Source: a virus
DNA length: 64,000 nucleotides
Virus record (IMG/VR): IMGVR_UViG_3300046665_000589
Span: 29,508 to 93,507 of that record
Strand: one strand, 5' to 3'
The notes beneath the pieces were generated by a model. That model saw only the letters and a list, made by a program, of their open reading frames with translations, did not search any database and was not told the origin of the DNA. Positions 17,227-26,975 of this stretch are shown here, piece by piece. A program made the translations under genes and the position numbers. Position 1 is the stretch's first letter. Each line of letters starts with the position of its first letter.

Positions 17227-17275
17227 GTTCTGCCAAGCTGTACGATGTTTGCTTTCCCTTCCTGAGGATTCTGCA

Positions 17276-17971
17276 ATGAGCATTGCACCTGGTACCGTCT
17301 TCGGCCCTTTCACCGTGGTCGGCGACGCCCCGGCCAAGTCTGGCCACCTGTACACCAGCATCACCTGCACCTGCGGCGCGCCACCCCGCGCTGTGCGTGC
17401 CTCGTGGCTGCGTAAGGGCGATATCACCTGCCCTTCGTGCGGAGCCCGTGCCCAGAGCCTCGCCCCGGCGCAGGCCGGCCAAGACCTTGGGCTACTGGTC
17501 GAGCATCTTGCCCCACTGACCAAACAGCTTGCCGAGATGGGCAAACAGCTGGTCATCTTGACCGAGCTCGTACGCTCGCTCCAGCCCCAGCCCAAGGCTC
17601 CTGGCCTGAAAAACCACAGGTTCGAACTCGACCCGACCGCCGTCACCGCAGCCGGCGCCGCGGCCCGCCTTGCCGCGCTGCCCGCCAACGCCCCGATCAC
17701 CAAGGACAGCCTGCTGGCCGGGTGCAGCAGCAAGGAGGAAGCGCGCAAAGCGCTGGACGACAACCAGCAACGCGCCCTGGAGCTCGCCGCGCTGCCGTTC
17801 GCCGAGCGCACGCCGGCCCTGAAGGAAGAGCTGCGCCAGCGCATGGTGGCCAATGCCGAGCGCCTGCACGGCCGCCTGCCCACCGACCCCGGCTACACCG
17901 ACATCGCCACCCACAACCGCACCTTGCATCGGGCCTTCGCCGACTGGGACCGCGACACCTCGAAGGATTAG
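17276..17971 (+). CDS. Protein with the N-terminal Zn module of HNH/AP2 homing endonucleases and a helical C-terminus
   Basis: GTVFGPFTVV...CTCG...VRASWLRKG..TCPSC; no nuclease motif; promoter TTGACA(17217)-N18-TACGAT uses the last array repeat. Confidence 0.65.
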   Translation: MSIAPGTVFGPFTVVGDAPAKSGHLYTSITCTCGAPPRAVRASWLRKGDITCPSCGARAQSLAPAQAGQDLGLLVEHLAPLTKQLAEMGKQLVILTELVRSLQPQPKAPGLKNHRFELDPTAVTAAGAAARLAALPANAPITKDSLLAGCSSKEEARKALDDNQQRALELAALPFAERTPALKEELRQRMVANAERLHGRLPTDPGYTDIATHNRTLHRAFADWDRDTSKD

Positions 17972-17980
17972 GGAGACATC

Positions 17981-19030
17981 ATGGGTATCCAGCAAATCAT
18001 CGAAGAATGGTTCAACGACCTGGGCATCGACATCAGCCTGCGCGACTCGCAGCGCCTGGCGGACGCCATCACGAAGGCCCTGCCGCCGGCCCCTCTCACC
18101 TTGCACTGCCCGGCCTGTCACACCTTGCACGTGGACGCGGGCGAGTGGGCCACGCGGCCGCACAAGACGCACCAGTGCCAGAACTGCCAGCACGAATGGC
18201 GACCGTACGACTACCCGACTGTGGGTGTAGCGCCGTCAGCGCTGCCCGCCGAGGCGGCCTTCGACGTTATCGTTATTGCGGGCCAAGCGTACAGCGAGAG
18301 GCTTGCAGACCATGCGTATGTGAGGGGTGAGAGCGTCGCTGCTAGCGCACCGCAAGCATGCACCTATCCGAACTGCACCTGCATTGGTGGAGGCGTGTTT
18401 AAGTCGTGCGTGAAGGCCAGCGCAACGCAAGCGCCTGCCGCCGAGAGCGTCGATTGGATGGCGTTCAGAAAAATACTGCGCGACTACGCCGACGAGAAAA
18501 ACATGGATGTCGGCTCAGGCGATGTGATCCGGTTCGTCGAATCCCTGATCGACGCGGCGGTAGCACAGGTCGCGCCTGCGGTGCGCGAAGCCCCGGGCTA
18601 TGGCCACCCCCTGCCGCTTAAGCGGGAGACAGACAAGCGCGAGGTGGTTCAAATTTGCGATGCTGACGGCCAGACGATATTCGAACTGAACACGCACACA
18701 CAGCGCTCGCTGGACGACAAAGCAGGACTGGCGGAAGAACGCAAGGCTGCCGAAGAATTTGCCGATTTCGTCGTTCAATCGGTCAACCGCGCCGCGCCTG
18801 CGTTGCAAGACGATAGCTCAATCCTTGCGCTGTCACTGGATGTTATGACACGCGCGCTTGACACCTTGGTAGGTGCTTGCATGGACGAGAACGGCAAGCC
18901 GAAAGCACCTGAGCGGCGAGAGCTAATGCAGGCACGCGGGTATCTGCCTGCCAAGTGCCGCCATGCGTTCGTGCGCACCACCAGCACCCCGGCAGACGAC
19001 AGCCAGCCCGCTGTGGGAGGTGCGGAATGA
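17981..19030 (+). CDS. Mosaic Ead/Ea22-like hypothetical protein with Zn-finger modules
   Basis: CPAC..H...H..CQNC; Ala/Pro linkers. Confidence 0.6.
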   Translation: MGIQQIIEEWFNDLGIDISLRDSQRLADAITKALPPAPLTLHCPACHTLHVDAGEWATRPHKTHQCQNCQHEWRPYDYPTVGVAPSALPAEAAFDVIVIAGQAYSERLADHAYVRGESVAASAPQACTYPNCTCIGGGVFKSCVKASATQAPAAESVDWMAFRKILRDYADEKNMDVGSGDVIRFVESLIDAAVAQVAPAVREAPGYGHPLPLKRETDKREVVQICDADGQTIFELNTHTQRSLDDKAGLAEERKAAEEFADFVVQSVNRAAPALQDDSSILALSLDVMTRALDTLVGACMDENGKPKAPERRELMQARGYLPAKCRHAFVRTTSTPADDSQPAVGGAE

Positions 19031-19317
19031 CCACGAAACCGAGCGACACCAACATCCTTGGCCTTCTGAGCAGCCGACGCGGCATGGTGATGCCGACTTA
19101 CTTCATCAAGAACCTGCTGCGCGAACACTCCCCTGGGCTGCAAACGCCGTGGGTTCTTCGTCGGCTGAAAGCGCTGGAAAAAGCTGGGTACGTTCAGCGC
19201 GCGCCGACTACCTACGCGACCATGATCTGCTGGGAGCTGGTCGCACAACTCCCCACCCAGCAGGCAGACGACAGCCAGGCAGCACCACCAGCACCGACCA
19301 ACAAGGATAAGCCATGA
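19027..19317 (+). CDS. Winged-helix-like hypothetical protein
   Basis: TPWVLRRLKALEKAGYVQR. Confidence 0.55.
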   Translation: MTTKPSDTNILGLLSSRRGMVMPTYFIKNLLREHSPGLQTPWVLRRLKALEKAGYVQRAPTTYATMICWELVAQLPTQQADDSQAAPPAPTNKDKP

Positions 19318-20756
19318 CCGACAAGACCACCGCAGGCATCGACCTAGACAAGCTGCAGCGCTTCAACATGCGAGGCGGCCTGATGAATCCCGAGCCGTGG
19401 GGCCTGTACGTGCGCTATGAAGATGTTGCCGCTCTCATCCAGCAAGCCGCGCCCGATGAGCGCCGCAACATCGCCGAGGTCAAGCGCAGCAGCGACATGG
19501 GCCTGTCGATCCGATTCCTGTCGGCTCGCGCATGCTCTGCGTTTGAACGCTTTCTCGCCGAGCCTGCGGCCACCCCGCAGGCCAGTGCAATCCCGGCGCA
19601 TGCGTGCGAAATAGGCCTTGCATCGGCGCCGGTCGTGTACTCCAAGAACGGCGGCCCCGACGAGGCCACCCAGCAAGCCGGGGCGGCTGTCGTAAGCGAA
19701 GCCTTCCTGACAGGTGCGCACGCCGAGTTCAGCGAAGCCCTGCCGCCTGGCAGCCTGACGAGTTTAGGCCACCGCCACGTCGTTAATGCGCTTCGCTCCG
19801 CGATCAGGTCCTACATCGAAGTCTCCCGCAGTTCATCCCTTGTGGCCACCACGGCAAGCGCGAGCGACGAGACCATTACCGTGCAGGAGGCATGGGAGGC
19901 GGCCGGCGGCAACCCCGGCATCAAGGCGACGAAGCAGGAATTGCTGGACGCCCTGCGCGTCATGGATGAAGCCGTCGATGAGTGCGACGATAAGCACGGA
20001 AAGGCCCCCCAGCAGGCAGGGGAGGCTGTCGACCACAGCACCATCTGCCACGACTATAGCGACCCCACGCTGGCCTGCTCATCCTGCGGTCTGATGATGG
20101 GCGAATCACGCACTCTCGGCCATATCAAGTTAGGCATCCTCGCCGTATCCCCTGCGGCCACCACGGCAAGCGCGAGCGATCGTGAGAAGTTCGACGCAGC
20201 GATAGCCCGTGCAGACCGGCCCGGCGCTGAAATTCTTGCCGATGCTATGCGCCGCGCCCCAGCAACCAGCCGTAAGGCTACACCGCTGGGGATTTCGGAT
20301 GCAATGGTCGATGCATACCTTGCTGCACAGCGTGAGCAAGTGGAGCGGAAGGATAAGCGCCCGTTCGGTGTAGTCGACCCGCGCGCCGCATGTCGTGCAG
20401 GTCTCCGCGCCGCCCTCGCCCAGCAGGGAGCAGCACCCGGTCGCTTGATTGTCCAGCGGTACACCAACGATGGCGAAGGCAACATGCTGGAGAACCCTGA
20501 GGGGGTATGGTGCTACTACCAAGATGCCGTCGCCCAGCAGGGCGCAGCACAGGCAGCGGAGGGGGATGCCGATCTGCTGAATTTCATGGACGGGCCTGAT
20601 TTCGTAAGCCTGCATCAATATGTCAGCAGTGACAAACTTTTTATCGAGGTGCAACGCGAGAACCCGGACAGCAACCACCGAGCCGACACGGCACGCGCGG
20701 CACTTGCCGCCGCCATTGCCGCCGCACCTGCAAGCCAGAAAGGAGACTGCAAATGA
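19314..20756 (+). CDS. Mosaic multi-module early protein (Ead/Ea22-like)
   Basis: Repeated linkers ATTASASD x2, QQAG.AV x2, AQQGAA x2; duplicated M...G.(Y/W).(R/Y)Y.D module. Confidence 0.65.
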   Translation: MTDKTTAGIDLDKLQRFNMRGGLMNPEPWGLYVRYEDVAALIQQAAPDERRNIAEVKRSSDMGLSIRFLSARACSAFERFLAEPAATPQASAIPAHACEIGLASAPVVYSKNGGPDEATQQAGAAVVSEAFLTGAHAEFSEALPPGSLTSLGHRHVVNALRSAIRSYIEVSRSSSLVATTASASDETITVQEAWEAAGGNPGIKATKQELLDALRVMDEAVDECDDKHGKAPQQAGEAVDHSTICHDYSDPTLACSSCGLMMGESRTLGHIKLGILAVSPAATTASASDREKFDAAIARADRPGAEILADAMRRAPATSRKATPLGISDAMVDAYLAAQREQVERKDKRPFGVVDPRAACRAGLRAALAQQGAAPGRLIVQRYTNDGEGNMLENPEGVWCYYQDAVAQQGAAQAAEGDADLLNFMDGPDFVSLHQYVSSDKLFIEVQRENPDSNHRADTARAALAAAIAAAPASQKGDCK

Positions 20757-20924
20757 GCCCCGTACAACAGATCGGCAGCATCGACCACCTGCGGCACGGC
20801 ACCTACTACATTTACTGGAACTGCAACAACGGCTGCTACGGCATCTCCCGCAAGGCCGCCGACCTTACCACCCACTGCGGCTACGTCAGCCTGGCCGCCC
20901 TGTTCGCCATGAAAGGCCTGTGAC

Positions 20925-23479
20925 ATGGACTTCCTTTACGGTATGCCCGTCGAAGTGAATCCTATCTGCCAGGATGTGCCGCGCATGCAGGTCAGCGCCG
21001 AGTTCACCCGGCTCCAGCACCCCGATCTGGTCGCCAAGACCAACGCCTGGCTTAAAGAGTTCTTCGGCGTGCATGACGTCGTCTACAAGTTCGACCACCC
21101 TGTCCTCGGCCAGTGCCTGGTCATGGGGCCGCGAACCTTGGCCCAGCTGAAAGCGCACCGAGCCAGCGCAGCATTTTTGAAAGGCCTGTGACATGCTCTA
21201 CGTAACCCACATTTCCACCGTCGTCACGCGCAGCCGCCGCGGCCTTGGCACGCACATCCGCAGCCGCACCGTGGCCCGCGTCTCGACCCGCCCGTTCGAC
21301 CACAGCGCACCGAAGCGCAGCTTTTCGCCGCAGGCTTGGGCAGACTTGATGCAGCGGCCCGACGTCATGTACCGCCCCAACAGCCGCAGCCGCTACCTGC
21401 GCGGCGAGCACCCACCCACCCTTCACCAATAAGGACCACCGATGAACATCGACCAAGCAATCGCCCAGCTGGAGCTGCTCAAGCAACAGCAGGGCACCGG
21501 CGATCTGCCGCTGCAGGTGTACGTGCAGACCGGCGCTGACAGCTGGTTGTGGAAGAAAGTCCAGAGCATTGATGTCGCCAAAGTGCCTCGCAAAGGCCTC
21601 GTGGTGAACGTCGACTACTAAGGAGGCACCATGCCCGAAACCATCAAATCCAGACGGCTCGCCGACCCGGCCTACCACTTCCTGATCGCCGCCATCACCG
21701 CGCACTTCAACGGCATTATCACGGATAACCGCTTCTGCGGACCACTCGAGGTCGAGTTCAAGTGCAACGGCGTCGAGCTGCCCTTCACTGTTGTGGTCGA
21801 GGACATCTACAACCGCTTCGACGCTGACGTCCAGAAGCGCGCGCTGGCGCTGGCCGAGCAGCTAGTCGGCGACGCCGCGCTGGACAAGCTGCTGCAAGCC
21901 TTGCAGGACGCCGAGCACGAAGTCACCGCGGCGCTGAACGAGGCGCTGGAACGGAGGTCCGCATGCAAGCCCTGAAAGACATCAGCTGGCTCCTCTGGCT
22001 GCTTGTTACCGCCGCGATCGTATTCGAGACGATCGGCTGGCGCGGTCTGGTCCGTATGTTCCCGGAAGCCCGGCGCTGGTGGCAGCTGCCAGCCCAGCTG
22101 GCCTCGCTCGCCGCGTTCGCCGCGGTCGTCCTGTTCCACCCTTTCTAAGGACCCACCATGCACACCGACACCTACGGGCGCCACTGGCGCTACCAGCCGC
22201 ACCCCGACCACGACCTGTCCCAAGCCCTGCAGGTCAGTACGCGCATCGCCGAGTTCATCACCCAGACCGACCTGCGCTTCCTCGGCCACACCCCCCACCG
22301 ACAACAGGAAGTCGACACCGACAGCGAGCCTTATCTGCTCAAGGACCGCAACGGCTGGACCTTGTGGGTCCGCGTGGACCACGGCCCGCTCGACTATTGC
22401 ATGTGGGACGACATCGACCCGCGCATCATCGCCCTCGCGATCGAGATGCACGGCAAGACCCTGGACGACCCGCGCGAAGCCAAGGCCTACGACGCGCTGG
22501 TGCCGGCACCGCTGACGGTGGGCGAGGCTTGGGCCGAGTGGGCGGGCAAGCGTCATCCGATGCTCGACACCACGCACAACCGCAACATCTTCGAGGCCGG
22601 CTTCGCCGCCGGGGAGAAGGCCAAATGAACGAGCGCCTGATTCCCGAGGGTGGCAAGAACCCCTACGCCGATCATCCCGGCTTCACCGCGGACGGCTGTC
22701 CGCTGCGCTACACCGTCACGCAGCGCGGCGCCTACGGAGGGGTGCGCGGTGGGTTCGGCTGCGAGATGACGGGCGGTCACTGCCTGCCTGGCGAGCACTG
22801 TGCCAAGCGACGCGAGGACGCCGCCCGGCAGGAGGCGTTCGCGCAATCGGTGAGGTGGGCCAAATGAAAGTCACCATCCAGCACTTCACCGGCGGTCCCT
22901 TCGCCCTGATCCAGCACGCCGGCAAGGAAGTTTCGGTCATGCTCGAGCCGTCCGTAACGCCGGCCGAGTCGCTGCGCGCCGAAGCCCAAGACCTGCGGGC
23001 CCACGCCGACAGGCTGCTGCATCGCGCCGCCCTGTACGAAATCGCCGCAACCCACCTGGAGACCACACCATGAGCATCCTGCTGCTGTCGATTTTCTTCG
23101 GCCTGCTGATCGACGCCCTGTGCTGGCTTGCGATCGGCCTGGAAATGAAGCGCTGGCCGCGCTCGCGCCCTGTCGTCGCCTGGCCGTTCATCTGGTTCAA
23201 GCGCATCGCCCTGCGGCCGCGCGGGAGGTGGATGTGAACCTCACCGACATCATCAAGGCTTCGGCCGCGCGCATGGCCCACGTCGACGTCGACATCAACA
23301 GCGGCCTGCCCACCGTCTGCATCTCGGCGCCCGGCGAGGAAGACATCTTCATGCAGGGCGAGGAGGCTGAGGCATTCATCGCTGAGGTGGGCAAGCTCTA
23401 CGACGAGTCGGGCGACGTTACCTACGACGAGTGCGCCCTGCACGCGGCCGAGGCGTACTGCGAAAACCTTTGGAGCTGA
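20925..23479 (+). other. Run of small hypothetical CDSs (20925-21191, 21193-21432, 21631-21975, 21963-22148, 22158-22628, 22625-22867, 22864-23073, 23234-23479)
   Basis: Coupled starts/stops, RBS motifs, GC3-rich codons. Confidence 0.65.
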
Positions 23480-23480
23480 C

Positions 23481-23765
23481 ATGACCCGCACCGTCCCGCC
23501 CAGCATCACCCGCGAGCAGTTCGAGGCGATCCGCCCGCTGCTCGAACGCCACAAGCGCGTCACGCGCCGCCGCAGCCACGACCTGTACGACGTGGTCAAC
23601 GCCATGCTGCACAAGCTCTACACCGGCTGCGCCTGGCGCGCCCTGCCCGGCGACATCCCGTGGCGCACCGTCCACGAGTATTACTACCAGTGGACGATGG
23701 CCACGCCCGACGGCAAACCCGGCCTGCTGCCGCAGGTCCTCAACACCTTGAAGGAGACTGTATGA
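23481..23765 (+). CDS. Stand-alone IS5-family transposase N-terminal (DUF4096-like) domain
   Basis: ITREQFEAIRPLL...DLYDVVNAMLHKLYTGCAWRALPGDIPWRTVHEYYYQW; no DDE domain follows. Confidence 0.75.
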   Translation: MTRTVPPSITREQFEAIRPLLERHKRVTRRRSHDLYDVVNAMLHKLYTGCAWRALPGDIPWRTVHEYYYQWTMATPDGKPGLLPQVLNTLKETV

Positions 23766-26607
23766 AGCCCTACACCGTCCTGCTGCTGCGCCCTGCCCGC
23801 CAGCGCGAAGACGACGCCCACCCGAGCGACTGGGTCTACCGTGCCTGGGTCGAGGCAGATAACCCTGATGACGCGGAAGTCGCCGCCTGCGAAAAGCTCG
23901 CCCGCGGCGACGAGGATGTCGAGCCCGCCGAACCCTTCGAAGTGGCCACGCTGGCCATCTACGAGGGCCACCTGTTCGACCTGTACCTGCCATGATCACA
24001 AGGAACCCACCATGCCTACCAAGAAGAGTAACGAAGCCAAGGTCACACTCTGGACCGACACCATGAAGTCCGAGTTCAGCGGCACGATCAGCGGCTGCGT
24101 CCTCGAGATGTTCGGCTACATCATGCCAAGCAAGGCCAAGACCAAGACCGCCGCCGAGATGCGCGGGCAGGTGCTCAAACTGCTGCAACGTCAACATGAG
24201 CAGCTGAAGGCCGTCGGCCGCTAACCCACCACCACAAGGAAGCCACCATGCACATCGACACCGAATTCGCCACCTCCGCCGTCGCCATCACCGTCGGCAT
24301 GTCCATCCGCGACCACGACCCGGTCTTCGACTGGGCCAGCAGTAACGGCTGGGGCGGCATCGAGCTCTACCACGAGATCGGACAGCTTGCCGCCTTCTCG
24401 TGCGATCTGGCCAACAAGGTCGCCACCTGCCCCGACTTCCTCGTCACCGGCTTCCCCGGCGTGTACGCCTACGAGGTCGAGGAACCGTTAGGCGCCTGGC
24501 TGGCCGCAGCCATGCGCAACGGCAGGCTGCCGACCGGCCCCGAGACGCCGGCCCACCTGCTCGACTACGCGCCGGTCAAGCGCGAGCTGGGCCGGCTTGC
24601 GTACGAATTCTTCCGCAAGGCGCCGCACCCGATCCCGTACACCGATGGCATCATCTTCGAGCTGACCGGCTACGACCACGGCGAGCATGTCATCGCGGTG
24701 CAGGTGGTGCCGGTCGTCGAGGACAGCGACCATAACGTGACCGCGCAGTTCGCCGGGCCCGACGAGAAGACCACCGGCTGGGCGATCTATGACCGCCTGG
24801 CCGACGGCACCGCGCGCTGGTTCTCCGACCGCTACACGGAAGAGCGCGCGATGGCCGCCGGCTTCAACCGCGCCGCCGGGCTCGGCGTGGCGATCGAGCC
24901 GCAGCCGTGGCGGGTGGCCAAATGAAGTGCCGCCCCGGCGACCTGGCGCTGGTCCTGCGCTGCCGCATTCCCGAGAACGTCGGCCGCTTCGTCATCGTCG
25001 AGCGGCGCGCCGTGGAGGGCGAAGTGCTGGCTTTCATTGGCCGCAAGTCTGTGGTGACATCTCCTGGCGCCGATTGGGTGGTGCTCCCGGTGCACGGCAC
25101 GCTGACCGGGCGCGGGAGCATCAGCGGAAAGACGTTCCAGACGACGCTTGCCACGTTCAAGGACGAGGACCTGCTGCCGATCCGCCCCGAGGACCCGGAC
25201 CAGGCCGACACCACCGACACACCAACCGAGGAGCACGCATGACCATCGACGACATCGTCGCCGAGTTCATCCGGCTGCCGGCGCCTGGCACGCCGGCAGC
25301 GGATCTGACCGACCGCGACAGGGTAGCGCTGGCACACGCCGCAGGCGTGCCCTGCGAGCTTGTGGTGGAAGGCTTGCAGGCCACGTTCCGCACCAAGGTG
25401 CCGGTCGGCGTCGCCGACCGCGGTGACGGCGGCTATCTCGTTTATCGACTGGAGGAATAAATGGAAGACCTCAAAACCCTGCTCGAACTCATCGCCCGCC
25501 TGCCGCAGATGGCCCTCTGGGTCGCCCTGGGCTTCTGGGCCTACAAGGTCGTCGTGATCGGCTCGATCTACGGCGTGATCCGCCTTGGCATCATTAAGCT
25601 GCACAGCTGGCTGACCACGCCCAAGCACGAGTTGATCTACCAAGATGTGCGCCTGCTGCTCGACGGCGAGGTGATCACCGGCTCCAAGGATGCGCTGGTC
25701 GCCCAGCTGCAGCGCATCAAGCGCTCCACTGGCCAGTACGTGCATCCGTCTGACATCGCCTGGCTGCGCGAGGCGATCGACGAGAAACTGGCCAAGGAGC
25801 AGAAATGACCGACACCGACGTCCTGTTCCGCCACTACGACCCGAACGACTGGCTGTTCGACCGCACCGGCAGCACCCTGTTCATCGACGACCAGGCCTAC
25901 GCCACCAGCGACCGCTTCAGCCCGGCCTTCGGCAGCTATACCGCCGTGCTGTACTGGCGCACCGGCTACTTCGGCTTTCACCCATAAGGACCCACCATGA
26001 AACTGATCCTGACCGACGGCTACGCTTTTCCGTGGCCGCAAGACCTTTCTCAGGCCGAGGCCGACCGCCTCTGCGACGAGGCGCACGAGCGCAGCCTGAC
26101 TCTCGAGGGCGTCAAGGCGTTCGAGATGAAGTACACCGTGACCGTCGAATTCGACGACGTCCCGTCCTACTTTGCAGCCAAGGTGAGCACCGGCTGGGCC
26201 GAGTGGGATCGTGATGGCCTGATCCTGGAAGCGACCACCAGCGCCAAGGAGGGCAACGAGTTCCCAGCACTGGTGGCGAACGGCTTCGCCTGGTGCGGCA
26301 TTTACCTGTCGGAGGACCAATGAACCGCCTGTCCGTATTTGACGCCCACGACAAGGGCCTCGTCGAGGTCGAGATCGTGCAGTGCGTCAGCCTCACCCGC
26401 ATCGTGGTGCGCGACCGGCAGGGCGGCTTGCATCGCCTGTACTCGCACCGGATGCTCGAGACCATGCTGAGCGTGCACGCCGCACGCTGCGGCATTCACG
26501 ACACCCGCGGCCTGGTCGGTACCCGCCTCAAACTCGAGCTGGTACAGCGCATGACCGGCAGGAGCCGGCCGTACCGCTGGGCTGTCGTCGAGCCGGAGGT
26601 CGCATGA
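23762..26607 (+). other. Run of small hypothetical CDSs (23762-23995, 24012-24224, 24248-24925, 24922-25242, 25239-25460, 25461-25808, 25805-25987, 25997-26323, 26320-26607)
   Basis: Coupled starts/stops and RBS motifs. Confidence 0.65.
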
Positions 26608-26975
26608 AGGCCAAGACGCGAGAGCTGACCGGCGCCGCGCTGGACTGGGCGGTGGCCGTGTGTGAGGGCGCTACAGAAGAGTGGCGTGACGATGGGCCAT
26701 TCTTTTGGAGGGGCGTACCCTGCATACGTGTTGGTGGGCATGACGTTGAATATAGTCCGGCCACCGACTGGGCTCAAGGTGGGCCGATCATCGAGCGTGA
26801 ACGTATCCATGTCTGCCCGATCGTCTATAACGACTTGCCAGCCACCGAGTGCTGGGTCGACGCCTACCATCCGAAGGGCAGCTTTTATGGCCCCACCGCC
26901 CTGATCGCCGCCATGCGCTGCTACGTCGCCAGCAAGATGGGTGAAGAGATCGACATCCCAAGGAGCCTGATATGA
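26604..26975 (+). CDS. DUF2591/NinX-like phage protein
   Basis: LTGAALDWAVA...YSPATDWAQGGPIIERERI...GPTALIAAMRCYVASK. Confidence 0.75.
   Translation: MKAKTRELTGAALDWAVAVCEGATEEWRDDGPFFWRGVPCIRVGGHDVEYSPATDWAQGGPIIERERIHVCPIVYNDLPATECWVDAYHPKGSFYGPTALIAAMRCYVASKMGEEIDIPRSLI

Noticed and set aside
23481-23765. Active IS5-family element
   Set aside because: No catalytic domain, terminal inverted repeats or target duplication
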